Below the pieces are notes generated by a model. It searched no databases. It was not told where the DNA came from and saw nothing but the letters and a program-made list of their open reading frames with translations. A stretch of DNA of 64,000 nt from positions 1 through 64,000 of the forward strand of contig JBEKTQ010000021.1 of assembly GCA_049515895.1 (NCBI GenBank). Reading direction: 5' to 3'. Positions 19,706-28,529 of this stretch are shown in pieces. This DNA comes from Candidatus Bathyarchaeia archaeon. Its GTDB lineage: Archaea; Thermoproteota; Bathyarchaeia; Bathyarchaeales; Bathycorpusculaceae. Position 1 is the stretch's first letter. Every line of letters begins with the position of its first letter. A program made the position numbers and the translations under genes.

Positions 19706-20716
19706 TTATTTCTTGTTTTTGCCGGCATTATCAAAGTACATTTGAGCACAACAATAAGAAGAAAAAGAAAACCGTTGGTCTTTGCTTTCCGCGTATTTAA
19801 TTGCTTCCTCACTGGGAAATGCAATCGCATCGACTCCGGCTTTTAATGCTAAAACGTCGGTTTTGGCTCGCGCTTCGCCTTTGGGTCTCATGCAGCCCAG
19901 AATCAGCGGTGTCTCTGGAAACATAAGCCGTGCTGTTGCGAGGACTTTGGCTATGTCTTCCGGTTTGGTCGGCGCAGTTTTCTCCATGGCTGTTCCATGT
20001 ATAGGCATGAAGGCTATTATCACCAGTGCAGAAGGGTTAACGTTGGTTATCATTTTGAGGGCTTCTAACTCGCCTTCTAATTTGCCTTCGTTCAACCCGA
20101 CGGTGACATGAGGCATGAAGCTTAGCCCCGACTTTTCGAGAGCCTGCAGCGAGTCGCTGTAATCTTGCGGGGTTACACTTAGGTTGAGGGCTTTCCTTAT
20201 CGTTTGGGCAGAGCCGAGCACATCGATTAACGCCGCGTCGACTCCCGCCTTCTTTAGCGCAACCGCTGTTTGAGGCTTTATTATGCCGGTGTGAACAAAA
20301 ACGGTTAATCCGAGTTCACGCTTGATCTTCCCAAGCGCGTCTATGAACCCGTCAAGAGGTACAGATCCGTTGGGTAAACATCCGCCGCTGACAAGGCAGC
20401 CTACCGCTCCATCCCCCTTAAGTCTGGCGCATAAATTGAAGAGTTCCACAGGCAGAAGCGCGGGATGCATGGTTTCAAGGACTTTGCCGCCGCAGTGCCT
20501 GCAGTTTAAAGCGCAGCTTGTGCCCGTTACGGAAATTGTTGGGAAACTCGTCGGTGAAGAGCAATAGTATTGCGTTTTGTAGTAGGTGAAGCTTGGCGCG
20601 TAAAAACGGACCTCGTGAGGTCTTGGCGCAAAAAAGCCTGATTCCAGCAAGTTTACGAGTTCTTTTTTGCTTAAACTCCAAGCTGTTTCGGGCGAGAGCT
20701 GCGGCATAATTTTCAC
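19706..20716 (-). CDS. lipS1: Radical SAM protein, probably LipS1-type lipoyl synthase subunit
   Basis: ISVTGTSCALNCRHC plus GCMR and C-terminal CC motifs, as recalled for Thermococcus LipS1. Confidence 0.72.
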   Translation of the reverse strand: MKIMPQLSPETAWSLSKKELVNLLESGFFAPRPHEVRFYAPSFTYYKTQYYCSSPTSFPTISVTGTSCALNCRHCGGKVLETMHPALLPVELFNLCARLKGDGAVGCLVSGGCLPNGSVPLDGFIDALGKIKRELGLTVFVHTGIIKPQTAVALKKAGVDAALIDVLGSAQTIRKALNLSVTPQDYSDSLQALEKSGLSFMPHVTVGLNEGKLEGELEALKMITNVNPSALVIIAFMPIHGTAMEKTAPTKPEDIAKVLATARLMFPETPLILGCMRPKGEARAKTDVLALKAGVDAIAFPSEEAIKYAESKDQRFSFSSYCCAQMYFDNAGKNKK

Positions 20717-20814
20717 CCTAAGAATTCTTTGCCTCGCTTAATAGTGTAACGTCCAGTTCTCGGCATTACTCAATTTCCAGGTTTGCTAGTGATTTAGCAC
20801 GTGGAAAATCCGGC

Positions 20815-20942
20815 AAAATTTGTTGTTTGTGTTTTGGGTTGCTTTGCTTGTTTAGGGCTTGGATTGGCTGCAGGTTGCGTCTAAAAATCTCCCCAAATCT
20901 CCCAAATTCTCCTTAAATCTCCCGAAATCTGTAAAATTCTCT
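20815..20942 (-). repeat. Anchor plus 10-bp array element (copy F, GGAGATTT array)
   Basis: Minus strand: agatttcggg agatttaagg agaatttggg agatttgggg agattttta, then GACGCAACCTGCAGCCAATCCAAGCCCTAAACAAGCAAAGCAACCCAAAACACAAACAACAAATTTT. Confidence 0.9.
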
Positions 20943-21152
20943 GAGAACGTCAATAACGAAGAACCTATTATTTGATAAGAAGACGAACGGTTCCGAAGTC
21001 CGTCTTATATTAGGCGTTACGGGGGACAAGACCTTAAATATTAGGCGCCGCAGTTTTTGGGATAGAAGAGAACTTGAAGCTTTTGCAGTTTCATTGAATT
21101 ACTCCCCAAATCTTTAAAATTATCCAAGCCACTAATGATTTGAGAATCGTAA

Positions 21153-21422
21153 ATGAACAAACAAGAAGCAGCCTCTTTCCTAAAAGAGCTATTAGCTCAA
21201 TGCAAACTAGGTTCAGAATCATTTATTTTGTTAGAGCCCAACCCCAAAGATAGCCGCTCAACTGGATACACAATCAAAATCAAGACAATCTTGGAAAATG
21301 AATGCAGATGGCGCTTGCGAGAAATCACAAAAAAATATGATTTAGCGGTGATAGAAGAACAAAATCAAATAATAGTTTACAAACCTAAGTCAAACCACTC
21401 TGACAACTTAATTTTAAAATAA
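21153..21422 (+). CDS. Hypothetical protein
   Basis: 89-aa ATG ORF with a TATA-like TTTAAA about 35 nt upstream. Confidence 0.65.
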   Translation: MNKQEAASFLKELLAQCKLGSESFILLEPNPKDSRSTGYTIKIKTILENECRWRLREITKKYDLAVIEEQNQIIVYKPKSNHSDNLILK

Positions 21423-21753
21423 TTGAATTACGCAATGGTGAATTCGGTTAACATGATTTCACTAGCTGAAAAGCAATAATGTATTCGGTCATGGGAGCAA
21501 GCTAAACAACGAAATGGGCAGTTGGCTGCGTATTCTCAAGTATCTTCCGAGCTCGAATAAACAATTAATCGATCATTTACTTTTTGCAATCTATTTTGTT
21601 TGTAATACCGCCGCTGCGCGTGTAGTATCAAATATGCCTTGTTTCTTCGGCAGCAGTTGAAATATTCCAGTTTCTGACCTATTCAGGCTCTCGAAACATC
21701 TCTTATATCATGACACTCGACATCTTAAGTTAACTAAAAAGGAGAAGGAAAAA

Positions 21754-23529
21754 ATGCACAAACAACAAATCGTAATAATCGTATTTCTAATCGCCTTATC
21801 AATCTGCGCATTCACAAACATTCAAGCCAAAGCCTGCTCAGCTAATGAATACAGTGCGAGCATATCGCCAACAACAACCTATACAGGCCTAACCGGTGTA
21901 TCATACACTATAACATTTACCGACACCGGCACCACCAACATGGGTTCCGGGGCAATAACTATTCCCACGGGCTATTCTGCAGTTTCATTAATTAGTGAAA
22001 CAGCGTCAGGAGGCCAGACTTGGACAGGATCAATATCTTCTTCAACAATAAGCTTTTCAGCAACTTCTTCCAGCGGAGAAATAACTACTGATCAAACAGT
22101 TAAAGTGGTTTTCACTGCGACAAATCCCTCGTCTGCGGGTTCATACACTTGGAAAACTTCAGCTTACAGCAACACAGGCCAAAGCGGGACAGCGTTTACT
22201 GAGGATCCAGTCACGGTGACGGTGATCAATGCTCCAACTCCAACTGTGAGTCTGTCGCCTACTTCGTGGACTATGGATATGGGTCAGTCTGAGATGTTCA
22301 CAGCAACTCCCAGTGGAGGTTCAGGTACATACACAAGTTACCAGTGGTACGTCGATGGGACTGCTCAAAGCGGTCAAACTGCATCAACGTTCAGTTTTGT
22401 TCCTGCTTCCGCGGGTTCTTACTCGATTACCGCAACAGTTACTGACAATTCAGGTGCGACTTCAAATCCGTCTTCTGCTGCTACGGTTACGGTGAATCAA
22501 CTCGTCATTACGGTTACTCAAACTGCAAACGGTCTGATTACTCCTGGAACGAGCAATGTTAACTATGGTGACACTCCAATCTTCAACATTACGCCTGCTA
22601 TTGGCCATTACATCGCGAGCATTACTGCTAACGGTGCAGCGGTGGCTGTCACTTCGCCTTCGGGTCAGACATACCAGTTTAGCGCGGTTTCAGCTAATGG
22701 TACATTGACTGCAACTTTCGCGATTAAAATGTGTAGCCTCACTGTTAATGTTGGCGTTGGTGGTTCGTCAAATATTGCCTCAATGACGGTTAACTGGGGT
22801 TCATTGGAGAACTTCGTATTTACTTCTAACTTAGGTCACAGTGTCTCTGACGTTAAGGTCAACGGAACCATTGATGAAGGCGCGGTTTCTTCTTTGAGTC
22901 TAACAATTACTGCCGATACAAGTGTCGACGTGAGCTTTGCAATTAACACATACACGATTACTGTCACTCAGGGCGCTAACGGTGTCATTGCTCCTGGTAC
23001 ATCTATTGTTAATTACGGCGATACTCCAAGCTTCACTATTACACCAAACGCAAACTACTACATCGCTAGTATAACTGTAAACGGTGCAGCGGTGGCTGTC
23101 ACTTCGCCTTCGGGTCAGACATACCAGTTTAGCGCGGTTTCAGCCGACGGCTCATTAACTGCAACTTTCGCGATTAACACAGAAACGCAAACCTCAACTC
23201 CGACACCAACACCAACTCCCACACCTACACCAAGTCCGACGCCAACACCGACTCCAACGATAACTCAAACATCTACTGAAACGTCAACCTCAACAGGGAC
23301 AGGATCATCAACTCCAACACCGACAGTAAAACCAACTCCAACACCAACAGCGAAACCAAACCCAACACAACTCCCAACAGCTACACCACATGCAACACCG
23401 AAACCAACACCACTGTATGTCGTACTAGTCGCCGTCATAATCTTCGCAGCAATCATCATTCTATTACTCTCAATGCTAGCCATCAGACATCTAAAACGAA
23501 AAGTGAGCAAAGCATTACCAAAACCTTAA
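21754..23529 (+). CDS. Membrane-anchored surface protein with Ig-like and InlB-B-like repeats
   Basis: Signal peptide, PKD-like module, GxIxPG..VNYGDTP.F.ITP..Y.I.SIT.NG repeats, Pro/Thr linker and C-terminal TM helix. Confidence 0.88.
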   Translation: MHKQQIVIIVFLIALSICAFTNIQAKACSANEYSASISPTTTYTGLTGVSYTITFTDTGTTNMGSGAITIPTGYSAVSLISETASGGQTWTGSISSSTISFSATSSSGEITTDQTVKVVFTATNPSSAGSYTWKTSAYSNTGQSGTAFTEDPVTVTVINAPTPTVSLSPTSWTMDMGQSEMFTATPSGGSGTYTSYQWYVDGTAQSGQTASTFSFVPASAGSYSITATVTDNSGATSNPSSAATVTVNQLVITVTQTANGLITPGTSNVNYGDTPIFNITPAIGHYIASITANGAAVAVTSPSGQTYQFSAVSANGTLTATFAIKMCSLTVNVGVGGSSNIASMTVNWGSLENFVFTSNLGHSVSDVKVNGTIDEGAVSSLSLTITADTSVDVSFAINTYTITVTQGANGVIAPGTSIVNYGDTPSFTITPNANYYIASITVNGAAVAVTSPSGQTYQFSAVSADGSLTATFAINTETQTSTPTPTPTPTPTPSPTPTPTPTITQTSTETSTSTGTGSSTPTPTVKPTPTPTAKPNPTQLPTATPHATPKPTPLYVVLVAVIIFAAIIILLLSMLAIRHLKRKVSKALPKP

Positions 23530-23619
23530 ACACCCCTTTAAAACGCCCATTTTTGGGCTCTTTTTCTTAATCTGATTTATTTAGGGAAAATTTTTATTCA
23601 AACAAACATATCTCAAACT

Positions 23620-24597
23620 ATGACTAGATTCCTTTCATGCGGGGAACTTTATGAAACGATTCAACAAAAATCCCTAGAAGCTAAAGAGATTCTATGGGTA
23701 TGTTCCCCGAATCTTGGATTGGACGCGCACAAAATCTTCTCCCAAGAGATCCTAAAGAATCCTCCAGCAGATATTCGATTTGTTTTCAGAGTTGACGATG
23801 CCACGGTCAAGAGAGGCGAAGTCAATCCCTATGAAATACAATATTTCTCGGAGCATTTCAATGGCAGCAGCATCAGGACACATGAAAACTTTCATTCGAA
23901 CATTTACATTTTCGACCAATCCGCATTAATCACATCAGCAAACATGACAAAAACCGCTTTTGAAAACAACATTGAAGTTGGAGTCCTGATTGAAGGGTCA
24001 GAAGTAGATGAAGTAAAGAGCTTCTTTAATCAAAGTCTGTGGACACACGCAAAAACGATAAACGACTTAAAAAGATACAAGCAAGCATGGAACATCGCCC
24101 AAAAAACTTGGAAAAACAGTAATGTGAAAAGAGCCAAGCCTCAAACGGCAATCAGGGATTGGACCAACGATTATACCAGAACTTGGTATATAGGTATCCT
24201 CAATCGAGTGTCGTCAAAGAATGAGCGCAAGATAAAGAAAGAAACAAATTGGCAACCTGAACTCTCGCTAGCGGGTGACATCGGTTATAATTGTTTTAAG
24301 GAAATCAAGCTCGGCGATTTAGCCTACGTGATTGACTTAAGCAAGAAACGCGGAAAGATAGAAATTGAATTAGCACGGGTATTTGACAAAAGCAGGGTAG
24401 AAACGGATCAGGGCGACCTTCATCTTGCCTACGAAATAAAAAACTGCTACTCAATAGAGAGGCAACAATTCTATGAAATGTTGGAAAACTCAGATATTAA
24501 GTCTAGAAGTTGTGAAAAATTACTTGATGAAGATCAACTAATGCAAATTGCCAATACACTTTCCTCAATCAAACGTAAACGGAAACCTAAACGATAG
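23620..24597 (+). CDS. Phospholipase D-like (nuclease-type) domain protein with altered HKD motif
   Basis: CSP, FHSNIYIFD..ALITSANMT..AFENNIEVGV. Confidence 0.8.
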   Translation: MTRFLSCGELYETIQQKSLEAKEILWVCSPNLGLDAHKIFSQEILKNPPADIRFVFRVDDATVKRGEVNPYEIQYFSEHFNGSSIRTHENFHSNIYIFDQSALITSANMTKTAFENNIEVGVLIEGSEVDEVKSFFNQSLWTHAKTINDLKRYKQAWNIAQKTWKNSNVKRAKPQTAIRDWTNDYTRTWYIGILNRVSSKNERKIKKETNWQPELSLAGDIGYNCFKEIKLGDLAYVIDLSKKRGKIEIELARVFDKSRVETDQGDLHLAYEIKNCYSIERQQFYEMLENSDIKSRSCEKLLDEDQLMQIANTLSSIKRKRKPKR

Positions 24598-24740
24598 CAA
24601 TTTTTGTTCTTTGTGCTTTTAGATTGCTTTCTTTGTTTGGGGCTTTTATTGATTGCAGGTTGAGTCAAAAAAAGTCAAAATTAGTCAATAAAAGTTAAAA
24701 TAAGTCGAAAAAAGTCAAAATAAGTTCAGAAAATTCGAAA
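24598..24740 (-). repeat. Anchor plus 10-bp array element (copy G, TTTTGACTTW array)
   Basis: Plus strand tgagtcaaaa aaagtcaaaa ttagtcaata aaagttaaaa taagtcgaaa aaagtcaaaa; minus-strand anchor GACTCAACCTGCAATCAAT...AAGAAAGCAATC..AAAGCACAAAGAACAAAAATT. Confidence 0.85.
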
Positions 24741-24824
24741 AATCTTTCTCAGAATTAGGTATCGAGAACTGAATAATAACGATGAATAAACTGATAGGAT
24801 CTGCTAACAAAGAAACATTCATTT

Positions 24825-25931
24825 TCAACGTTTTATGTGATACTGTTCGATCACGTCTTTGGCCCTTTCCCGTCGTGACCTGTGCGCTTCTAGGAATTTG
24901 TTGAGCTTTTCAGCTATGTCTTTCTTGCATTCGCCACATAGAATTTCGCCGCCTCTGCATCTTCGTTCTCGCTCTGCAAGCTTGCCACTGTCCTCTTCGA
25001 ACAGATAGAAGTAGTATTGGAAGATGCTGCATACCGTGGGGTCAGCGCCTGTTTTCCGCTGCTCCGCCGCCGTACCCTTGCCGCCGGTGAAGGCGTTCCA
25101 AATCTTCTTCTTGACAACGTCCGGCGGATCCATCGTGAATATGCTGGTTTCAGGCATAGAGGCACTCATTTTTCCGCCTGCACCAAGCCCGGGTAAGAAG
25201 CGACAATGAATTTGTGCTGGCTTATAATAGCCGAGTTTTTGCGCTATGTCACGTGTTACTCGCCAGTAAGGGTCTTGATCAATGGCTGCTGGGATCAGTG
25301 CTGGGACGTTTTCGCCCGTGAGTTTCTTGTGAATGAAACATGGGGCGGCTTGGATGGCTGGCCAAAAGATCCAGCCGATGTTGGTGCTGTCTTGGAAGCC
25401 AAAGCTGCTGCGTGCGGTGCTGTATGTGATGCGTTTGGCTACTTCAAGCGTGACGTCGTAGAGCAAGTCGATGTCTTGCGTGTCGTAAATGATGAAAGTG
25501 TTTTCAGGCTTGAAGCCGAGGGCGATAAGGTCTAGCGCGTTTTCGTAGGCGTATTTACCGGTTTCCTTAAGGTCTGCTTCATCATCTATTAAGAATTTTT
25601 CGTCATCCGTAAGCTGGAAATAAAGCCGTGTGTTGAATTTTTGTTGAATATGGAGGGTGAAAATCCACGGGACAAGGTGTCCGATGTGCACGGGTCCGGA
25701 TGGTCCTCTGCCCGTGTAAAGGACAAATTTAACACCTTTGTCGTAGAGTTCAAGCACGGTGTCTAAGTCTCGGTGGCTGAAGAATATGCGCCTTTCGAGC
25801 TGGAGGTGCAATTTGTCCGTGTGTGTTTCTATTCTCTTAAGCAGTTCGGGTGTGATTGGTTGCGTGCCGAACTCGCGGATTAGACGCTCATAATCTACTT
25901 TGCCCTTAACTTCCCACGGAGTTACGACCAT
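24825..25931 (-). CDS. trpS: Tryptophan--tRNA ligase
   Basis: YTGRGPS, HIGH, AIDQDPY and KMSAS motifs. Confidence 0.97.
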   Translation of the reverse strand: MVVTPWEVKGKVDYERLIREFGTQPITPELLKRIETHTDKLHLQLERRIFFSHRDLDTVLELYDKGVKFVLYTGRGPSGPVHIGHLVPWIFTLHIQQKFNTRLYFQLTDDEKFLIDDEADLKETGKYAYENALDLIALGFKPENTFIIYDTQDIDLLYDVTLEVAKRITYSTARSSFGFQDSTNIGWIFWPAIQAAPCFIHKKLTGENVPALIPAAIDQDPYWRVTRDIAQKLGYYKPAQIHCRFLPGLGAGGKMSASMPETSIFTMDPPDVVKKKIWNAFTGGKGTAAEQRKTGADPTVCSIFQYYFYLFEEDSGKLAERERRCRGGEILCGECKKDIAEKLNKFLEAHRSRRERAKDVIEQYHIKR

Positions 25932-26067
25932 TTCGTTGTTTTCGTCAGCTTTAGATGAAGCCGTCTTATTTCACCAGTGCCTTTCCAAAAGATTGGTGTC
26001 TAAGTGATATATGCTTTTTCTGCTAAAGGCATTTGATTTTGGGTTCAATTAACTGTTTCATAGGACT

Positions 26068-26595
26068 TCAATAGGTTTCTCTGTGCATTATCTCGCTTAA
26101 CGGTCGCCTGCTCCTAGCTGCGGGTTTCTCTTCAGGGTACCCTACGGGAATAAGGGCGACTGGACGGATATCCTTGGGAGCGCCAATCAATTCCCGCACT
26201 TGGTCTTCCTTGAATGCGCCCACCCAGCATGAGCCTAAACCAAGGGAGTATGCTGTCAACAGGATGTTTTGAGTGGCTGCGGCTGTGTCTTGAAGGCAAT
26301 AAAGTGTTTTGCCACGTTCGCCATAGCTTTCTTCAGCGCGTTTTTCGTTGGCGCAAACTACAATCACAACCGAAGAGTCCTCAATATCTTTTTGGCCGAA
26401 AGCTGCCAGGCTAAGAGCCCGCTTCATATCTTCCGAGACGGCAACGACAAACTCCCATGGCTGAACGTTACCAGCCGAAGGCGCCCATCTTGCGGCATCA
26501 AGAAGCTTCTCCATGGTGCCCGGCGGTAGCTCCTTCTTCTTGAAGGCTCTTATGCAGCGCCTATTCTTTATAGCTTCAAAAATCTCCATCGACAT
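26068..26595 (-). CDS. Nitroreductase family protein
   Basis: RRCIRAF, APSAGNVQPWEF and LGLGSCWVGAF motifs; start moved to ATG 26595. Confidence 0.93.
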   Translation of the reverse strand: MSMEIFEAIKNRRCIRAFKKKELPPGTMEKLLDAARWAPSAGNVQPWEFVVAVSEDMKRALSLAAFGQKDIEDSSVVIVVCANEKRAEESYGERGKTLYCLQDTAAATQNILLTAYSLGLGSCWVGAFKEDQVRELIGAPKDIRPVALIPVGYPEEKPAARSRRPLSEIMHRETY

Positions 26596-26992
26596 CTGGA
26601 CTACACCAATACAGAGTATCTGTCTTTTCAAATAAAAACAGTTCCCCTTTTGGCATTCGTTTGTGAGCCAGCGTAAAAGTCTTAAGCCTTGTCGACCATC
26701 CAATTTTAGGATGATGAGCACTAGAGTCACTGAGCCTTAGGCGGTGATATTGACTCGACGGGCGAACTGACGAAAAAACCAAAATGCAAAGCCATTAAAA
26801 TGGGCTGAGAAGGCTTGCTCAGGGGGAGAGAAGGCACACCGAGACTATGTTAGCCTATCTTAAATTTCCGGTCTCCTTGAAGACCAAAATAGCAATTTGT
26901 AAGCAACCATTATATACAACTTTTTTGCCATTGCTAACTACGAAGCCCCAATTCAAAGCCCAGAAAGAACGACGGTGCTAAGTGATTCTTAA

Positions 26993-27778
26993 ATGTGTGA
27001 AATAGGCAAAGTTGACTTAATTATGTGGACTTTTAACAGCGAAAAACTTTTGCCTAGCGTGCTTCAAAGAATCTCGGAAGTCATACCTGCAAACTGCGTA
27101 AACAGAAAAATTGTCACTGACGATTACAGCACTGACCGAACGGTAAAGATTGCAAAAGAGTTCGGGTGGGAAGTACATCTTAACAGGGGCAGGGGGTTAC
27201 AGGCCAACAAGCAAACAGCACTAAGTCTTGTTTCAACTTCCATCTTTGCCAGCTTTGAGCATGATGTCCTTCTAAGCCGTGACTGGTGGAGAAAAGCCTC
27301 TGCGGCAATGAAGAATCCGCAGGTAGGCGTTGTTCAAGGCATAAGGCTTTCTACTGAGCCAAGGCTGAGGAAACTTGACGCTTACGAATACCAAAGAAGA
27401 CCGGACAAACGCAGCGTTGACAACAATCTCTGCAGAACCGAAGTTGTGAGAAGATTTGGTTTCTGCGAGTCTTCAAGCCCTGCCAGAATGGCAAGAGCGG
27501 GGTATTCATGGCTTGTCATGTCAGATGTTGTTTCCGACCACATAACCAGAGCCAGCTTACCAGAGACCATTCAACACGACATGCGCATTCACTTGTTATC
27601 CTTGCCATCCTACACTAGCGGAGAAAAAGCGAATTGTTTTCGGTTGCTGATGACCAGCCCAGTTCGAGCTTTAGCTGTCGTTCGGAAAACCAAGTGCTAC
27701 TCGATGCTTCTTTTTTATCCGGTTGACCGGTTAGCGATTTTTTCTGCATATTTCACGAGAGACCGAAAAGATTGCTGA
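26993..27778 (+). CDS. Glycosyltransferase family 2 protein
   Basis: TFNSE..L, IVTDDYSTDRT and FEHD motifs. Confidence 0.85.
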   Translation: MCEIGKVDLIMWTFNSEKLLPSVLQRISEVIPANCVNRKIVTDDYSTDRTVKIAKEFGWEVHLNRGRGLQANKQTALSLVSTSIFASFEHDVLLSRDWWRKASAAMKNPQVGVVQGIRLSTEPRLRKLDAYEYQRRPDKRSVDNNLCRTEVVRRFGFCESSSPARMARAGYSWLVMSDVVSDHITRASLPETIQHDMRIHLLSLPSYTSGEKANCFRLLMTSPVRALAVVRKTKCYSMLLFYPVDRLAIFSAYFTRDRKDC

Positions 27779-27869
27779 AGTTGCAGCGGAAAACTTATCT
27801 GTGAAGCAACTGTGAATTGCATGGTTAAACGAAAACTTTAGGCGCACGTGAATCGAGGTGAATTGAAAA

Positions 27870-28166
27870 ATGGTTGAAACGAAAACTGTTGAAATGAAGG
27901 TTGACGCGTCAGAACTCAAAGGCGACAAGAAGGACCTGGTTTCGAAGCTGTCAGATTTCCTCAAGGACAAAACAGGCGGAGAAGTCTCCTTAGCATCGGA
28001 AGTTGTAACAATTAAAGGCCAAGGCGAAGCCTTAAGCAAAAAGTACATTCGGGTTACGGTGAAAAAGTTCTTGCACAAGCATGAGCTAACAGAGCAGTTC
28101 AGAGTAATCGGCGGCGAAGAGAACCTACTAAAAGTTAAAGAAAGAGTAACGGGCGAAGAAGACTAA
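27870..28166 (+). CDS. rpl22e: Ribosomal protein eL22-like
   Basis: FLKDK...LSKKYIRVTVKKFLHKHEL...FRVI parallels eukaryotic eL22 FSKRYLKYLTKKYLKK..LRDWLRVV. Confidence 0.75.
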   Translation: MVETKTVEMKVDASELKGDKKDLVSKLSDFLKDKTGGEVSLASEVVTIKGQGEALSKKYIRVTVKKFLHKHELTEQFRVIGGEENLLKVKERVTGEED

Positions 28167-28297
28167 ATTCCTTCCTTTTAAACTTATATTAATCAAATTT
28201 TTCTTGGTTCAAAGATCTTGAGAGCGCAACCTGTACTATTATGTGAACAGCTTGTTCTAATGCGTAGCATTAAATCAAAAAACGCCATTTCTAAACA

Positions 28298-28504
28298 TTG
28301 CACAAGCAGGCGGGAGATTGGAACTTGAGCCACAAAACCATCGCCGTAAGCACGGCAATTATCGTTATTTCACTCGTGACTTTGACCGCGCTCTTTGCTG
28401 AAACCTACGCCACGCTGCAAAATATTAACCCCGTAGCCGCTTTGGCAGCCGTAGCAGTCGTATTAATAGGTTTAGTTTGGTTCAAAAAAGCATGCAAATC
28501 CTAA
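28298..28504 (+). CDS. Small two-TM membrane protein
   Basis: Two hydrophobic helices and a basic tail. Confidence 0.55.
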   Translation: MHKQAGDWNLSHKTIAVSTAIIVISLVTLTALFAETYATLQNINPVAALAAVAVVLIGLVWFKKACKS

Positions 28505-28529
28505 AAAGGAAAAAGTAGAAAGAAGCAGT

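Noticed and set aside
26795-26890. Hairpin containing GCTGAGA, reminiscent of a TPP riboswitch
   Set aside because: The downstream ACCTGA and GCGNAGG elements are absent.
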